Shown: one piece after another, positions 28,769-37,696 of the stretch
Position numbering within the stretch: position 1 is the first letter of the stretch
Layout: every line of letters starts with the position of its first letter
Source: Smithellaceae bacterium
Lineage (GTDB): Bacteria; Desulfobacterota; Syntrophia; Syntrophales; Smithellaceae
Assembly: GCA_028693285.1 (NCBI GenBank)
Contig: JAQUVQ010000005.1
Location: 19,160 to 83,159 of the forward strand
Reading direction: 5' to 3'
DNA: 64,000 nt
Program-made: the position numbers and the translations under genes
The notes under the pieces: model-generated
The model's database searches: none
Seen by the model: only the letters and a program-made list of their open reading frames with translations
Told to the model about the DNA's origin: nothing

Positions 28769-29455
28769 TCAAAGATCAAAATGCTGCTGATGCTCACGCA
28801 GCCAAAGTCTTCGGGTTTGATAATCCGGGATTACTTCTAGCACTAAGCTCCAGAATTTTGAAGAATGATTTTTCTCCCGGATATGCATCATTTCATGAAC
28901 AACCACGTAATCCACCATTTGCGGCGGCGCCATGATCAGGCGAAAAGCGAAGGATAAATGATTCTTTTCAGAGCAGGAGCCCCACCGTTTTTCGGCGGAG
29001 GTAATCCGAATGCCGCCGGGCGTGAGACCCAGAAGCCGGCTGTAGAAATCCACCCGTTGGGTGAGATGCCGCCGGGCCTGCTTCCGGTACCAGGCCGTCA
29101 GGAAATATTTACGCAGTTTCCGGTCCGCGGGGCAGTTCAGAAAAAAACGATGATCCCTGAACACCACTCCCGGATACTCCAGCGGGTCAAAAAAAGCTTC
29201 CAGCGGGCAGGCCTCGCCCAGATAGTAAAACTGTTCGCCCGTTTCACAGGCTTTCTTGGAATGCGAGGCCTGCTGCAGGGCCTGCCGGCGCAGGGATTTT
29301 TCGATCCAGGCCTGTTTTTCTTTGACAAAGCGCTGAATCTCCGCGGCCGGCATGTGATAAGGCGCCTGAACCGTTATTTCCGAACGGCTGCCGATTTGCA
29401 GCGACAGGGTCTTTTTTCGTTTTCGGCTTCGGATCAGCGAATATTGAATATCCAT
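28769..29455 (-). CDS. YgjP-like M48-family zinc metallopeptidase (DUF45)
   Basis: The likely start is ATG 29455 (MDIQYSLIRSRKRKKTLSLQI, the typical YgjP N-terminus). It has the HEMMH zinc motif in VVHEMMHIREKNHSSKFW. Confidence 0.8.
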   Translation of the reverse strand: MDIQYSLIRSRKRKKTLSLQIGSRSEITVQAPYHMPAAEIQRFVKEKQAWIEKSLRRQALQQASHSKKACETGEQFYYLGEACPLEAFFDPLEYPGVVFRDHRFFLNCPADRKLRKYFLTAWYRKQARRHLTQRVDFYSRLLGLTPGGIRITSAEKRWGSCSEKNHLSFAFRLIMAPPQMVDYVVVHEMMHIREKNHSSKFWSLVLEVIPDYQTRRLWLREHQQHFDL

Positions 29456-29490
29456 GGCGTTTACGGAGCGAAGCACTACCACATTGCCGG

Positions 29491-29519
29491 GGGAAATGCG
29501 AGACGGGAAATGAAGAGAC
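29491..29519. repeat. Tandem direct repeat GGGAAATG-N2/3-AGAC x2 in a divergent promoter region
   Basis: GGGAAATGCGAGAC (29491-29504) is directly followed by GGGAAATGAAGAGAC (29505-29519), 36-64 nt upstream of the M48 start on the opposite strand. Confidence 0.6.
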
Positions 29520-29646
29520 GGTTTTGCCGTCCGTTGGCCGCGAGGCAGCTCTCCGAAAGGGGCCGCGCCGGGCCTGCGGGCAAAGATGCTTTTCATTTTC
29601 CGGGGATTGTGATAGGGCCAGGAAAAAAAGCCGGGAAGTGAAACCA

Positions 29647-29991
29647 ATGGAAGAGAAAAATCTTCGCCCCTGGGGCTACTATCAAATCCTGTCCGATGCC
29701 GCCGATCACAAGGTTAAAAGAATTCTGGTGGTGCCGGGCGGCACCCTGAGCCTGCAACGCCACACCAGACGAGCGGAGCACTGGTATGCGGTTTCGGGCA
29801 GCGGCGCGGCGGCGATTGACGGCAAAGTCCATCCCCTTTCGGCCGGCGGCGCCGTGGATATTCCAAAGGGCGCCACTCACCGCCTGGAAAACACCGCCCG
29901 CGAAGATCTGGTGATCATCGAAGTGCAGACCGGGACCTATTTCGGCGAGGATGACATCGAGAGGCTCGAAGACAAATACGGCAGGGCGTAA
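29647..29991 (+). CDS. Cupin-domain protein (mannose-6-phosphate isomerase type II C-terminal-like)
   Basis: The start is ATG 29647. The text RPWGYYQIL ... VKRILVVPGGTLSLQRHTRRAEHWYAVSG ... THRLEN is the ManC-type cupin signature. Confidence 0.8.
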   Translation: MEEKNLRPWGYYQILSDAADHKVKRILVVPGGTLSLQRHTRRAEHWYAVSGSGAAAIDGKVHPLSAGGAVDIPKGATHRLENTAREDLVIIEVQTGTYFGEDDIERLEDKYGRA

Positions 29992-30002
29992 AGAAAGGGC
30001 TG

Positions 30003-31733
30003 CTACTTCTTCGCGCCGGCCTTCTGATGCTTTGCGCCGGGGAACCGGCGTCGGGCGGCGGCCATGTCTTTCTGCCTTTGTTTTTTGACGGGGTCCTTTT
30101 CTGCAAAAATTTTCCGTCCGTTGGCCGGATCGATTCCCGTCCAGTACATCAGCGCCGACCAGGTGGATGGCAGAGGCGTGTAAATCTGCACCTGCTCCAA
30201 AACGGTGTGCAGCTCCCGCGCGGCGAAGGATTGAAGAGCGCGCATATCTTCCTCGGTGCATCCCGGATGAGCGGCGATGAAATAATAGGTCAGAAACTGT
30301 TTTCGTTTTTCCTCATTATTCAATTTTGCAAAGAGCGCCTTGAATTCGGTTAGCGTCTGCGCCGGCGGTTTGCCCATCAGCTTCAAAACGCCCGGCGCGG
30401 TATGCTCCGGCGCAATCTTCAGCTGGCCGGAAACGTGGTGTTTTACGAGTTCACGCAGGTAGGATACGCCGTGCTTTTTATCCGCCAGCACCAGATCGTG
30501 GCGGACGCCGGAGGCGACAAACACTTTTTTGACGCCGGGAATGCTGCGCAATCCCGCGAGGAGTCGAATCTGCCGGGTGTGATCGTTTTTAAGCGAAGGG
30601 CAGGGCTGCGGATAAAGACACTCTTTGTCCGCGCAAGCGCCCCGGGCGGGTTGGCGTGCGCAACCGATGCCGTACATGTTGGCCGTCGCGCCGCCCACGT
30701 CCGCCAGAACCCCTTTGAAGTCCGGCCGTGCGGCGATCTCCCTCGCTTCCTGCAAAATGGAAGCTTCCGACCGGCTCAGGATGGTCCGGCCTTCGTGCAA
30801 TGCGATGGAGCAAAACCGGCACCCGCCGAAGCAGCCGCGGTGCGTCGTGAGGGAAAACGAGATGGTGTCGATGGCGCGGACTTTGCCCTGCTTTGCGTAA
30901 AACGGGTGTACGAGCCGGGTGAAGGGGAGCGCGTAAACCGCGTCCAGTTCCGCTTCCGTCAGGTGCGGCTGCGGGGAATGGTGAACGAGAAAGCGGTCGG
31001 CGTGCCGCTGCGCGAGCCCCTGCGCCGTGGCCGGGTCCTGGTTGGCGGAAAAACGGCTGAACATCTGAAGGAAGGCTCTTTTATCGGCCGCCGCGTTTTC
31101 AAAAGAAGGCAGTTCCAGGTAATCGGGGGGCGGTTCGTTTTCGATGACGCAGGTTCCGCGGATGTTGCGGAGGTCTTCTCCGGCGTTGAGACGCCGCGCG
31201 ATTTCCAGGACCGCCTTCTCCGCCATCCCGTAGGCCAGTATGTCGATGCGGGCGTCGAACAGAATGGAGCGGCGGACGGCATTTGACCAGAAGTCGTAGT
31301 GCGCGATGCGCCGCAGACTGGCTTCGACGCCGCCGGCGACAATCGGCTTTGTGTTTTTGAATGAGCGGCGGATCCCATTGGCGTAGGCAATAACGGCGCG
31401 GTCGGGCCGGCGGTTGTTTCTTCCGCCGGGGGTCAGATCATCTCCCGCTCTCTTTTTTTTCAGCGCCGTGTAATTGGCGACGAGCGAATCCATGCAGCCG
31501 CCGGTGACGCCCCAGAACAGACGCGGCTCTCCCAGACGGCGGATGTCCCCGTCGTCCGCCGCGTCCGGCTGGGCAATGATGCCGACGCGGTAGCCCGCGG
31601 CTTCGAGCACCCGGCCGATCACGGCCGCGCCGATGTGAGGACTGTCGATGCAGGCGTCGCCCGTGACGAGGATGACGTCAAGGCGGCCCCATCCCTTTTT
31701 TCGAAGTTCTTCAGGCGTGGTCGGCAGGAACAT
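30003..31733 (-). CDS. ygiQ: YgiQ-family radical SAM protein (UPF0313)
   Basis: 576 aa. It has the N-terminus MFLPTTPEELRKKGWGRLDVILVTGDACIDSPH and the radical SAM cluster motif CFGGCRFC. Confidence 0.9.
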   Translation of the reverse strand: MFLPTTPEELRKKGWGRLDVILVTGDACIDSPHIGAAVIGRVLEAAGYRVGIIAQPDAADDGDIRRLGEPRLFWGVTGGCMDSLVANYTALKKKRAGDDLTPGGRNNRRPDRAVIAYANGIRRSFKNTKPIVAGGVEASLRRIAHYDFWSNAVRRSILFDARIDILAYGMAEKAVLEIARRLNAGEDLRNIRGTCVIENEPPPDYLELPSFENAAADKRAFLQMFSRFSANQDPATAQGLAQRHADRFLVHHSPQPHLTEAELDAVYALPFTRLVHPFYAKQGKVRAIDTISFSLTTHRGCFGGCRFCSIALHEGRTILSRSEASILQEAREIAARPDFKGVLADVGGATANMYGIGCARQPARGACADKECLYPQPCPSLKNDHTRQIRLLAGLRSIPGVKKVFVASGVRHDLVLADKKHGVSYLRELVKHHVSGQLKIAPEHTAPGVLKLMGKPPAQTLTEFKALFAKLNNEEKRKQFLTYYFIAAHPGCTEEDMRALQSFAARELHTVLEQVQIYTPLPSTWSALMYWTGIDPANGRKIFAEKDPVKKQRQKDMAAARRRFPGAKHQKAGAKK

Positions 31734-32126
31734 TTAAAAGATTCCGATCATGGAGAGCCCCAGGGTCAGCGCGGCAAGGATTGCGATCAGGGAAAGGCGG
31801 CCCGACCAGCGGTGAACGGCTCGAAAGACGTTTTTGTTGGGGGCTTTTAAAGAATAGAATCCGAGAAGCACCGTCAGAAATGCCAGCATGACGGCGATGG
31901 CCCCCACCTGTTGGTGGATTCCCGCCAGATGATCTGCGCCCGCCAGGATGATATGCACAAAGGCCATGACGCCGCCCGCGGCCAGAAAAATGCCCCCGGC
32001 GCTGTTGAGATTTTTGTGTCCCTGCAGCCAGAATTTTCTTTTCCTTCCGAACATGGCCAGGCCGACGCCTGCCAGAAGGCATAAAGACGCCGCAAGCATC
32101 AGCAACAGATGAATAATGATCAGCAT
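31734..32126 (-). CDS. Hypothetical 4-TM membrane protein
   Basis: 130-aa ORF with four hydrophobic segments and several His residues. Its stop (31736-31734) abuts the ygiQ ATG (31733) with no spacer. Confidence 0.55.
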   Translation of the reverse strand: MLIIIHLLLMLAASLCLLAGVGLAMFGRKRKFWLQGHKNLNSAGGIFLAAGGVMAFVHIILAGADHLAGIHQQVGAIAVMLAFLTVLLGFYSLKAPNKNVFRAVHRWSGRLSLIAILAALTLGLSMIGIF

Positions 32127-32177
32127 GACATGAGGTCTCCTCGCGCCGGGGGATTCGGGTTTTTTCTTAAAACAAGA

Positions 32178-33017
32178 CTACAGGGACAATTCCATTCCCT
32201 GATAAACGGCAAAGCATTCCAGGGGTGAATGTTTTTCGGCGATGATTTGCCGGCAGGCGTCGACCATTTCGTCGACGGCCGTGTCGAAGCGGTCCTGATT
32301 GTGATGGAACAGCCCCAGTTGTTTGACGCCGGCATCCAGCGCAAGTTTCACCGCCTGTTCGATGGTGGAATGCCCCCAGCCGATCCTTTTGGAATACTCT
32401 TCATTCCAGTATTCAGCGTCGTGAATCAGCAAATCGGCGTTTTGGCAAAAAGCAACATAGTTTTCATAGGACAGCGATCCTTCGTGCCGGAATCCCAGTT
32501 CGTTGTCGGTCAGGAAAACAAAGCGTTTGCCGTTTTCTGAAAATTGATAGCCGTTTCCCTGATTGGGGTGGTTGAGCGCGACCGGCGTGATGGTCATGCC
32601 GCCCAGTTCGTAGGCTTCCATGCAGATGTCCGCATAGGTGACATCGGCATGGATGGCGTCGAAATTGATGGGGAAGTAGGGAGCGGACATGACGCGCGCG
32701 AGCATTTCCCGGATGGAGTCCTGGGCAAACGCGCAGCCCCAGACGTCGATCTTGGTTTTGCGCAGGTAAAGCGGTTTGAAGAAAGGGAATCCCATAATAT
32801 GGTCCCAGTGGGCATGAGTCAAAAGCAGAATAAAATCGTGATGGCCGTTGTCCAGAAAGCTGTTTCCTGCTTCGCGGATGCCGGAGCCTGCGTCCACCAG
32901 CAGAATATCGTTGCGGTTGTTCCGGATTTCCAGACAGGTCGTGTTGCCGCCGTACCGAAGGTATTTCCGTCCTGATACCGGTATGGAACCTCTCGCCCCC
33001 CAGCAACGTATGATCAT
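32178..33017 (-). CDS. MBL-fold metallo-hydrolase
   Basis: It has the HxHxDH motif (LLTHAHWDHIMG) and downstream His/Asp ligands (HDAEY, FHHNQD). Confidence 0.85.
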   Translation of the reverse strand: MIIRCWGARGSIPVSGRKYLRYGGNTTCLEIRNNRNDILLVDAGSGIREAGNSFLDNGHHDFILLLTHAHWDHIMGFPFFKPLYLRKTKIDVWGCAFAQDSIREMLARVMSAPYFPINFDAIHADVTYADICMEAYELGGMTITPVALNHPNQGNGYQFSENGKRFVFLTDNELGFRHEGSLSYENYVAFCQNADLLIHDAEYWNEEYSKRIGWGHSTIEQAVKLALDAGVKQLGLFHHNQDRFDTAVDEMVDACRQIIAEKHSPLECFAVYQGMELSL

Positions 33018-33092
33018 AAATCATCCCCTGTTGGCATAATCATACAGAATATTTGTTTTTTTTCAAGCAGGGAGATCATAAAAAATGCGGTT

Positions 33093-33123
33093 TTGCCCTT
33101 GCTATTGGACCAATAACCATTAT
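33093..33123 (+). promoter_or_regulatory. Candidate copZA promoter with long spacer containing palindrome TATTGGaCCAATA
   Basis: TTGCCC (33093-33098), a 19-nt spacer, then CATTAT (33118-33123). A perfect 6-1-6 palindrome at 33103-33115 is centred in the spacer. Confidence 0.35.
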
Positions 33124-33156
33124 GATAAAAAAAATGAGAATCATCGGAGGTGTCCT

Positions 33157-33357
33157 GTGAAAAACATTCAAATTGCGGGCATGAGTTGCGGGCACTGCGT
33201 CATGGCGGTTACAAAAGCGCTCGGTGCGGTTGATGGAATTAAGGATATCCGGGTCGATTTAAAAACAGGGGTCGCGACGTATGATGAGGTGAAGCCCGTG
33301 GAAGCATCCATCGTTGCTGCGGCCATTAAGAAGGCGGGCTACGACATTGTCGGATAA
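33157..33357 (+). CDS. copZ: Copper chaperone, heavy-metal-associated domain
   Basis: GGAGG-N7-GTG at 33157. It has the MxCxxC motif (GMSCGHC) in a ~66-aa HMA fold. Confidence 0.85.
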   Translation: MKNIQIAGMSCGHCVMAVTKALGAVDGIKDIRVDLKTGVATYDEVKPVEASIVAAAIKKAGYDIVG

Positions 33358-35614
33358 AGTCGTGATCTCGGTGGGCGGCATGACCTGCGCGGCCTGTGTG
33401 CGCCGCGTGGAAAACGCGCTGAAAAACGTCGAAGGCGTGGTGGATGCGGGCGTCAATCTGGCCACCGCCCGCGCCACCGTGGTCCACCAGCCCCGCTGGG
33501 CGGGTGTACCCGCGCTGGCGCGCGTTGTTGCCGAACAGGGATACGAATTCCTGGGCGAGGTTTCCGATGCGGCCGCCGATCCGATCGAGGCTTCCCGCGT
33601 CCGGGAGCTCGGCGAGTTGAAGCTGAAAGTCTCCTGCGGCGCCGTGTTGAGCGTCTTGATCTTTTTCGGATCGATGCAGCACTGGTTCGGCTTTTTGCAG
33701 GCGATTCCCCGTCAGTCGATGCTCGCGGCAATGTTCATTTTAACGGCGCCCGCGGTGTTTTGGGTGGGGAGCCGGTTTTTCATCGGAGCCTGGAAGGCCG
33801 CGAAGCAAAAGACGTCGGACATGAACACGCTGGTGGCGGTGGGCGCCTTTTCCGCCTATGCCTATTCGGCCGCCGCCACTTTTTTCCCCCGTTTCTTTGG
33901 CAGTGCGGGCGTCGCTCCCCATGTGTATTATGACGGCGCGGCCATGATCATCACGCTGGTGCTGCTGGGCCGGCTTCTGGAGGCCGTCAGCAGGGGAAAG
34001 ACTTCCCAGGCAATTAAAAAACTGATCGGGCTGGCGCCGAAAACGGCGCGTGTCATTCGGGACGGCGCTGAAGTGGAGATGACCATCGATGCGCTGCAGA
34101 CCGGAGATGAGGTGCTGGTGCGGCCGGGAGAAAAAGTTCCGGTGGACGGAATCATCCTGACGGGCCGATCGACGCTGGATGAGTCCATGCTGACCGGCGA
34201 GAGCCTGCCGGTTTCCAGGGAGGCCGGCCAAAAAGTGTTTGCCGCCACCATGAATCAGGCAGGAAGCTTCACGATGCGCGCCACCGGGGTAGGCGCGGAC
34301 ACCATGCTGGCGCATATTATCCGCATGGTGGAGGAAGCGCAGGGCTCCAAGGCGCCGATTCAGCGCCTGGCGGACAAAGTAGCGTCTGTTTTTGTGCCGG
34401 TTGTCTTTTTGATTGCCTTCCTGACGTTTGGTGTTTGGTATTTTGTTCCCGCCGACGCCAATTTCAGCCGTGCTCTGATCAATTTTGTGTCGGTGCTGGT
34501 CATCGCCTGCCCCTGCGCGTTGGGGCTGGCCACGCCCACGGCGGTCATCGTGGGTACGGGTCTGGGCGCGCAAAGCGGCATCCTGATCAAGGGAGGCGAG
34601 GCCCTTGAAAAGATCCACAAGCTTTCCATGGTCGTATTTGACAAAACCGGAACGCTGACGCGCGGTGAACCGGAAGTGACGGATGTGGTCTGCGCCGCGG
34701 ATTTTACCGGCAGGCGGGTGCTCACCGTGGCCGCCGCGCTGGAGAAAACGTCGGAGCATCCGCTCGCGAAAGCGATTGTTGATCGGGCGCGAAAGGACGG
34801 CATTTCGCCGCCTTCCACGGACAGCTTTGAAGCGCTCTCCGGCATGGGCGCCAGAGGCTTTGTTGACGGAAAGGCGGCGCTGGCCGGAAACCGTTTCCTG
34901 ATGACGAAGCAGGGGTATTCGGTTGATCTTCTGGACGGCGAGGCGGTCCGTCTGGCCCAAAAGGGAAAAACCCTTGTGTATGTAGCTGAAGGGGAAAAAA
35001 TCATGGGCCTCATCGCGCTTGCCGATGCGCCCAAAGCGTCCGCGAGAAAGGCCGTGGAAAGCCTGAAGCGTCGCGGTTTGAAGGTGGCGATGATTACCGG
35101 CGACAATGCGGGAACGGCGGCAAGTGTCGGCGCACAACTGGGCGTCGAACAGGTCATGGCGGATGTGCTGCCGGGCGGCAAGGCAGACGCTATCCGGCAA
35201 CTGCAGGCATTCGGAGAGGTAGTGGCCATGGTCGGGGACGGCATCAACGACGCGCCGGCGCTGGCGGCAGCCGATGTCGGGATTGCCGTCGGAGCGGGTG
35301 CGGATGTGGCGATTGAAGCGGCGGACATCACGCTGGTGCGGGAGGATTTGAATGCCGTGCCGGAAGCCATCGCCCTTTCGGCGGCGACGATACGGGTGAT
35401 TCGCCAAAATCTGTTTTGGGCGTTTATTTACAATGTCATCGGCATTCCGATTGCGGCGGGGATTCTTTACCCCTTCTTCGGGATCCTGTTAAGTCCTGCA
35501 TATGCGGCAGCCGCCATGGCTTTCAGCTCGGTTTCCGTCGTGAGCAATTCCCTGCGGCTGAAAAGGGTTTGGGCAAAGCGAAGCCGCTTGAGGAATGAAG
35601 GGGATGGGATATAG
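33347..35614 (+). CDS. copA: Copper-translocating P1B-type ATPase
   Basis: It has one HMA domain (GMTCAAC), the CPC motif in TM6 ([11 protein letters not shown]), [15 protein letters not shown] and TGES. The track ORF starts at 33314. TTG 33347 is the likelier start and overlaps the copZ end. Confidence 0.95.
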   Translation: MSDKVVISVGGMTCAACVRRVENALKNVEGVVDAGVNLATARATVVHQPRWAGVPALARVVAEQGYEFLGEVSDAAADPIEASRVRELGELKLKVSCGAVLSVLIFFGSMQHWFGFLQAIPRQSMLAAMFILTAPAVFWVGSRFFIGAWKAAKQKTSDMNTLVAVGAFSAYAYSAAATFFPRFFGSAGVAPHVYYDGAAMIITLVLLGRLLEAVSRGKTSQAIKKLIGLAPKTARVIRDGAEVEMTIDALQTGDEVLVRPGEKVPVDGIILTGRSTLDESMLTGESLPVSREAGQKVFAATMNQAGSFTMRATGVGADTMLAHIIRMVEEAQGSKAPIQRLADKVASVFVPVVFLIAFLTFGVWYFVPADANFSRALINFVSVLVIACPCALGLATPTAVIVGTGLGAQSGILIKGGEALEKIHKLSMVVFDKTGTLTRGEPEVTDVVCAADFTGRRVLTVAAALEKTSEHPLAKAIVDRARKDGISPPSTDSFEALSGMGARGFVDGKAALAGNRFLMTKQGYSVDLLDGEAVRLAQKGKTLVYVAEGEKIMGLIALADAPKASARKAVESLKRRGLKVAMITGDNAGTAASVGAQLGVEQVMADVLPGGKADAIRQLQAFGEVVAMVGDGINDAPALAAADVGIAVGAGADVAIEAADITLVREDLNAVPEAIALSAATIRVIRQNLFWAFIYNVIGIPIAAGILYPFFGILLSPAYAAAAMAFSSVSVVSNSLRLKRVWAKRSRLRNEGDGI

Positions 35615-35626
35615 GTCATAGGCCAT

Positions 35627-35663
35627 GGGTTATGGGCTATAGGGCATAGGGCGTTGGGACGGG
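35627..35663 (+). repeat. G-quadruplex-forming motif (six GGG tracts, loops 2-5 nt) followed by T5
   Basis: GGGttatGGGctataGGGcataGGGcgttGGGacGGG, then TTTTT (35664-35668). It begins 13 nt after the copA stop. Confidence 0.7.
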
Positions 35664-35758
35664 TTTTTGCCAATGGGTGATTGACGGCGCCAGGATGAAT
35701 AGAAACCCCTAATAAATTCAATCATCTCCAATTATTTACCAAAAATGAATTTTTTTTC

Positions 35759-35787
35759 TTGACAATCAGGAACGGGAAGAGTAATCG
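35759..35787 (+). promoter_or_regulatory. Weak candidate promoter (TTGACA-N17-TAATCG) behind an A/T-rich UP-like tract
   Basis: Perfect -35 TTGACA at 35759-35764, preceded by aattatttaccaaaaatgaatttttttt. The -10 is poor (TAATCG, 35782-35787). Confidence 0.3.
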
Positions 35788-35794
35788 AATAGCC

Positions 35795-35836
35795 ATTGGT
35801 TGAACGTCCAATCAAGAATTGGGTTGATCGTCCAAT
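35795..35836 (+). promoter_or_regulatory. Tandem candidate operator sites ATTGG-N8/9-CCAAT x2
   Basis: ATTGGTTGAACGTCCAAT (35795-35812) and ATTGGGTTGATCGTCCAAT (35818-35836). They are near-identical direct copies 23 nt apart, and each is an inverted repeat. Confidence 0.5.
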
Positions 35837-35904
35837 AAGGATCAGAAACATCATGGACGCAGGTTTTCGGCTTATTGGTTACGGGAATCATTTTGAAGGT
35901 TTCT

Positions 35905-36456
35905 ATGCTGTTAAAAGGCTGCTTACACACCCACACAACCTGTTCGGACGGAAAATTATCCCCGCAGGAAGTTGCGGATGCTTATGAGTCAAAAGGCTAT
36001 GATTTCATTGCCTTTACGGATCATGATTACCTTTTGAAGCCAAACTATCTGGAGACTTACGGCCGGGTCAGGACAAGCATGATGGTTTTCTACGGCATAG
36101 AGCTTTCGGTTTTTGTCAACGGAAACATTCATGTGGCAAAAATTGAAGGCGACCGGGAGCAGCTCCATGTCTTCAATCACATCAGCGAGTATGATTTCAC
36201 ACCCCAGCAGCTGATCGTGCGTCTGCGGCAGCTCGAAAAAATGTATCCCCTGGATGCGGTGGAAATCACGAAGAAAGGATTCCGCGATTCGGTTTTTGAA
36301 GCGCTCGATCTTCCCTATCCCAAAATCGCCTCCGATGACTCGCACACACTGACGGGGATTGGCCGGGCGTGGGTAGAGTTGGATGCGAAGAGGGAAAAGG
36401 ATTCCATTATTCACGCGATCCGGCACGGTGAATTCTGGAACTGTTACCTGAGTTGA
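35905..36456 (+). CDS. PHP-domain (polymerase/histidinol-phosphatase-like) metal-dependent phosphoesterase
   Basis: The likely start is ATG 35905 (the track lists TTG 35875). It has the PHP motif LHTHTTCSDG and a second motif FTDHD. Confidence 0.7.
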   Translation: MLLKGCLHTHTTCSDGKLSPQEVADAYESKGYDFIAFTDHDYLLKPNYLETYGRVRTSMMVFYGIELSVFVNGNIHVAKIEGDREQLHVFNHISEYDFTPQQLIVRLRQLEKMYPLDAVEITKKGFRDSVFEALDLPYPKIASDDSHTLTGIGRAWVELDAKREKDSIIHAIRHGEFWNCYLS

Positions 36457-36459
36457 GTA

Positions 36460-36485
36460 CGGCGGCCGCTTTCGGGCGGACGCCG
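36460..36485 (+). terminator. GC-rich hairpin after the PHP gene (no U-tract)
   Basis: CGGCGGCCGC-tttcgg-GCGGACGCCG forms a 10-bp stem with one mismatch, 4 nt after the stop. It is followed by CAAATACGG, so it is not a canonical intrinsic terminator. Confidence 0.3.
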
Positions 36486-36538
36486 CAAATACGGATCAGT
36501 CATTATTCGGTCATATGAAACAGGAAGGAGGACGGGGA

Positions 36539-37684
36539 ATGGGAAAAAGATTGGCGGTCTGCGCAGTGGCGCAGATTAAAAACCATCCGGATTATCATGA
36601 TTGGCGTTTTCAAAACATGCTGCTCGAATGTTTCGAACCGATCGTGGAGGAGACAAAGGTGACCTTCGACATGGACAAGGGCATCCGGACGATCATCACC
36701 TGCTCGGACGACATGTTCGATGCCCGGACCATATCCGACAACGGGATTACGGATGTCGTCGGGGCGCATTTTCGCGGCGAGGAAAAGATGGCACAGGAAA
36801 GCATCAATGGCCTCGGATACGCCATGGCCTGCATTCTCTCCGGCCATGACGACGTGATCCTTTTTATGGGCCACTGCAAGGAGTCGCAGGGGGAAAGCCG
36901 CAGGATGATTTCCAATCTTGCCTATGATCCCTTCTACTGCAGACCGCTGGGCATGGACTACCACAACGTGGACGCGCTGCAGGCCCGCGCTTACATGGAA
37001 AAATCAAAGGTGACGGACGAGCATCTGGCAAAAGTGGTGGTCCGCTCCAGAGCGAACGGCAAAAAAAATCCCTATGGCCGCGAAAACAAAATCGTCAGTG
37101 AAAAAGACGTGCTGAATTCACCGATGTACTCGGATCCCCTCCGGGAAATGCACATCTATCCGGTCACCGACTGGGCCTACGGAATGCTTTTGTGCAGTGA
37201 AAAGCGGGCCAAGGAGTTCACCAAGAAACCCGTCTGGATCACAGGATACGGCAGCTGCATGGACCGGTATTTCCTCGGCGACCGCGACATCGCTTCGAAT
37301 TTTTCGCTCAAGAACGCCGCCAAGCGGGCGTACGCCATGGCCGGCATTAAAGATCCCCGAAAAGACGTCCAGGTTTTTGAACTGAGCGATCAAGCTGCAC
37401 ATCAGCTCCCGATGTGGGCCGAAGGCGTCGGCATCGCGGAAGAAGGACGGGGCGGCCAGTGGATCGACGATGGCGGCATGGAACGGTTCAATGTCAACCT
37501 GTCCGGCGGCCAGCTCAACGGCAATCCGCTTCTTCTGGGCGGCGCGGCCAGGGCTCTGGAATGCTACTACCAGTTGTCGGGGCAGGCAGGCAAGCGGCAG
37601 GTCAAGGGTGCAAAACGGGCAGTTGCCCAGGCGGCGACCGGCGGGGCCGGGCAGCATCAGGCCGTCATCGTCATGGAAGCGTAG
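36539..37684 (+). CDS. SCPx/DitF-type thiolase-like protein, catalytically degenerate (pair 1, subunit A)
   Basis: GGAAGGAGG upstream of ATG 36539. The thiolase-like fold text is paralogous to 45835-46980. By-eye alignment gives Ala at the nucleophile Cys position and GNP instead of GHP. Confidence 0.8.
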   Translation: MGKRLAVCAVAQIKNHPDYHDWRFQNMLLECFEPIVEETKVTFDMDKGIRTIITCSDDMFDARTISDNGITDVVGAHFRGEEKMAQESINGLGYAMACILSGHDDVILFMGHCKESQGESRRMISNLAYDPFYCRPLGMDYHNVDALQARAYMEKSKVTDEHLAKVVVRSRANGKKNPYGRENKIVSEKDVLNSPMYSDPLREMHIYPVTDWAYGMLLCSEKRAKEFTKKPVWITGYGSCMDRYFLGDRDIASNFSLKNAAKRAYAMAGIKDPRKDVQVFELSDQAAHQLPMWAEGVGIAEEGRGGQWIDDGGMERFNVNLSGGQLNGNPLLLGGAARALECYYQLSGQAGKRQVKGAKRAVAQAATGGAGQHQAVIVMEA

Positions 37685-37696
37685 GGAGGTTGAATC

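Noticed and set aside
35796-35987. 63-aa ORF with repeated peptide ERPIKNW/DRPIRIR
   Set aside because: The peptide repeat is simply the translation of the tandem ATTGG-N8/9-CCAAT DNA sites. There is no RBS, and it overlaps the PHP gene start.
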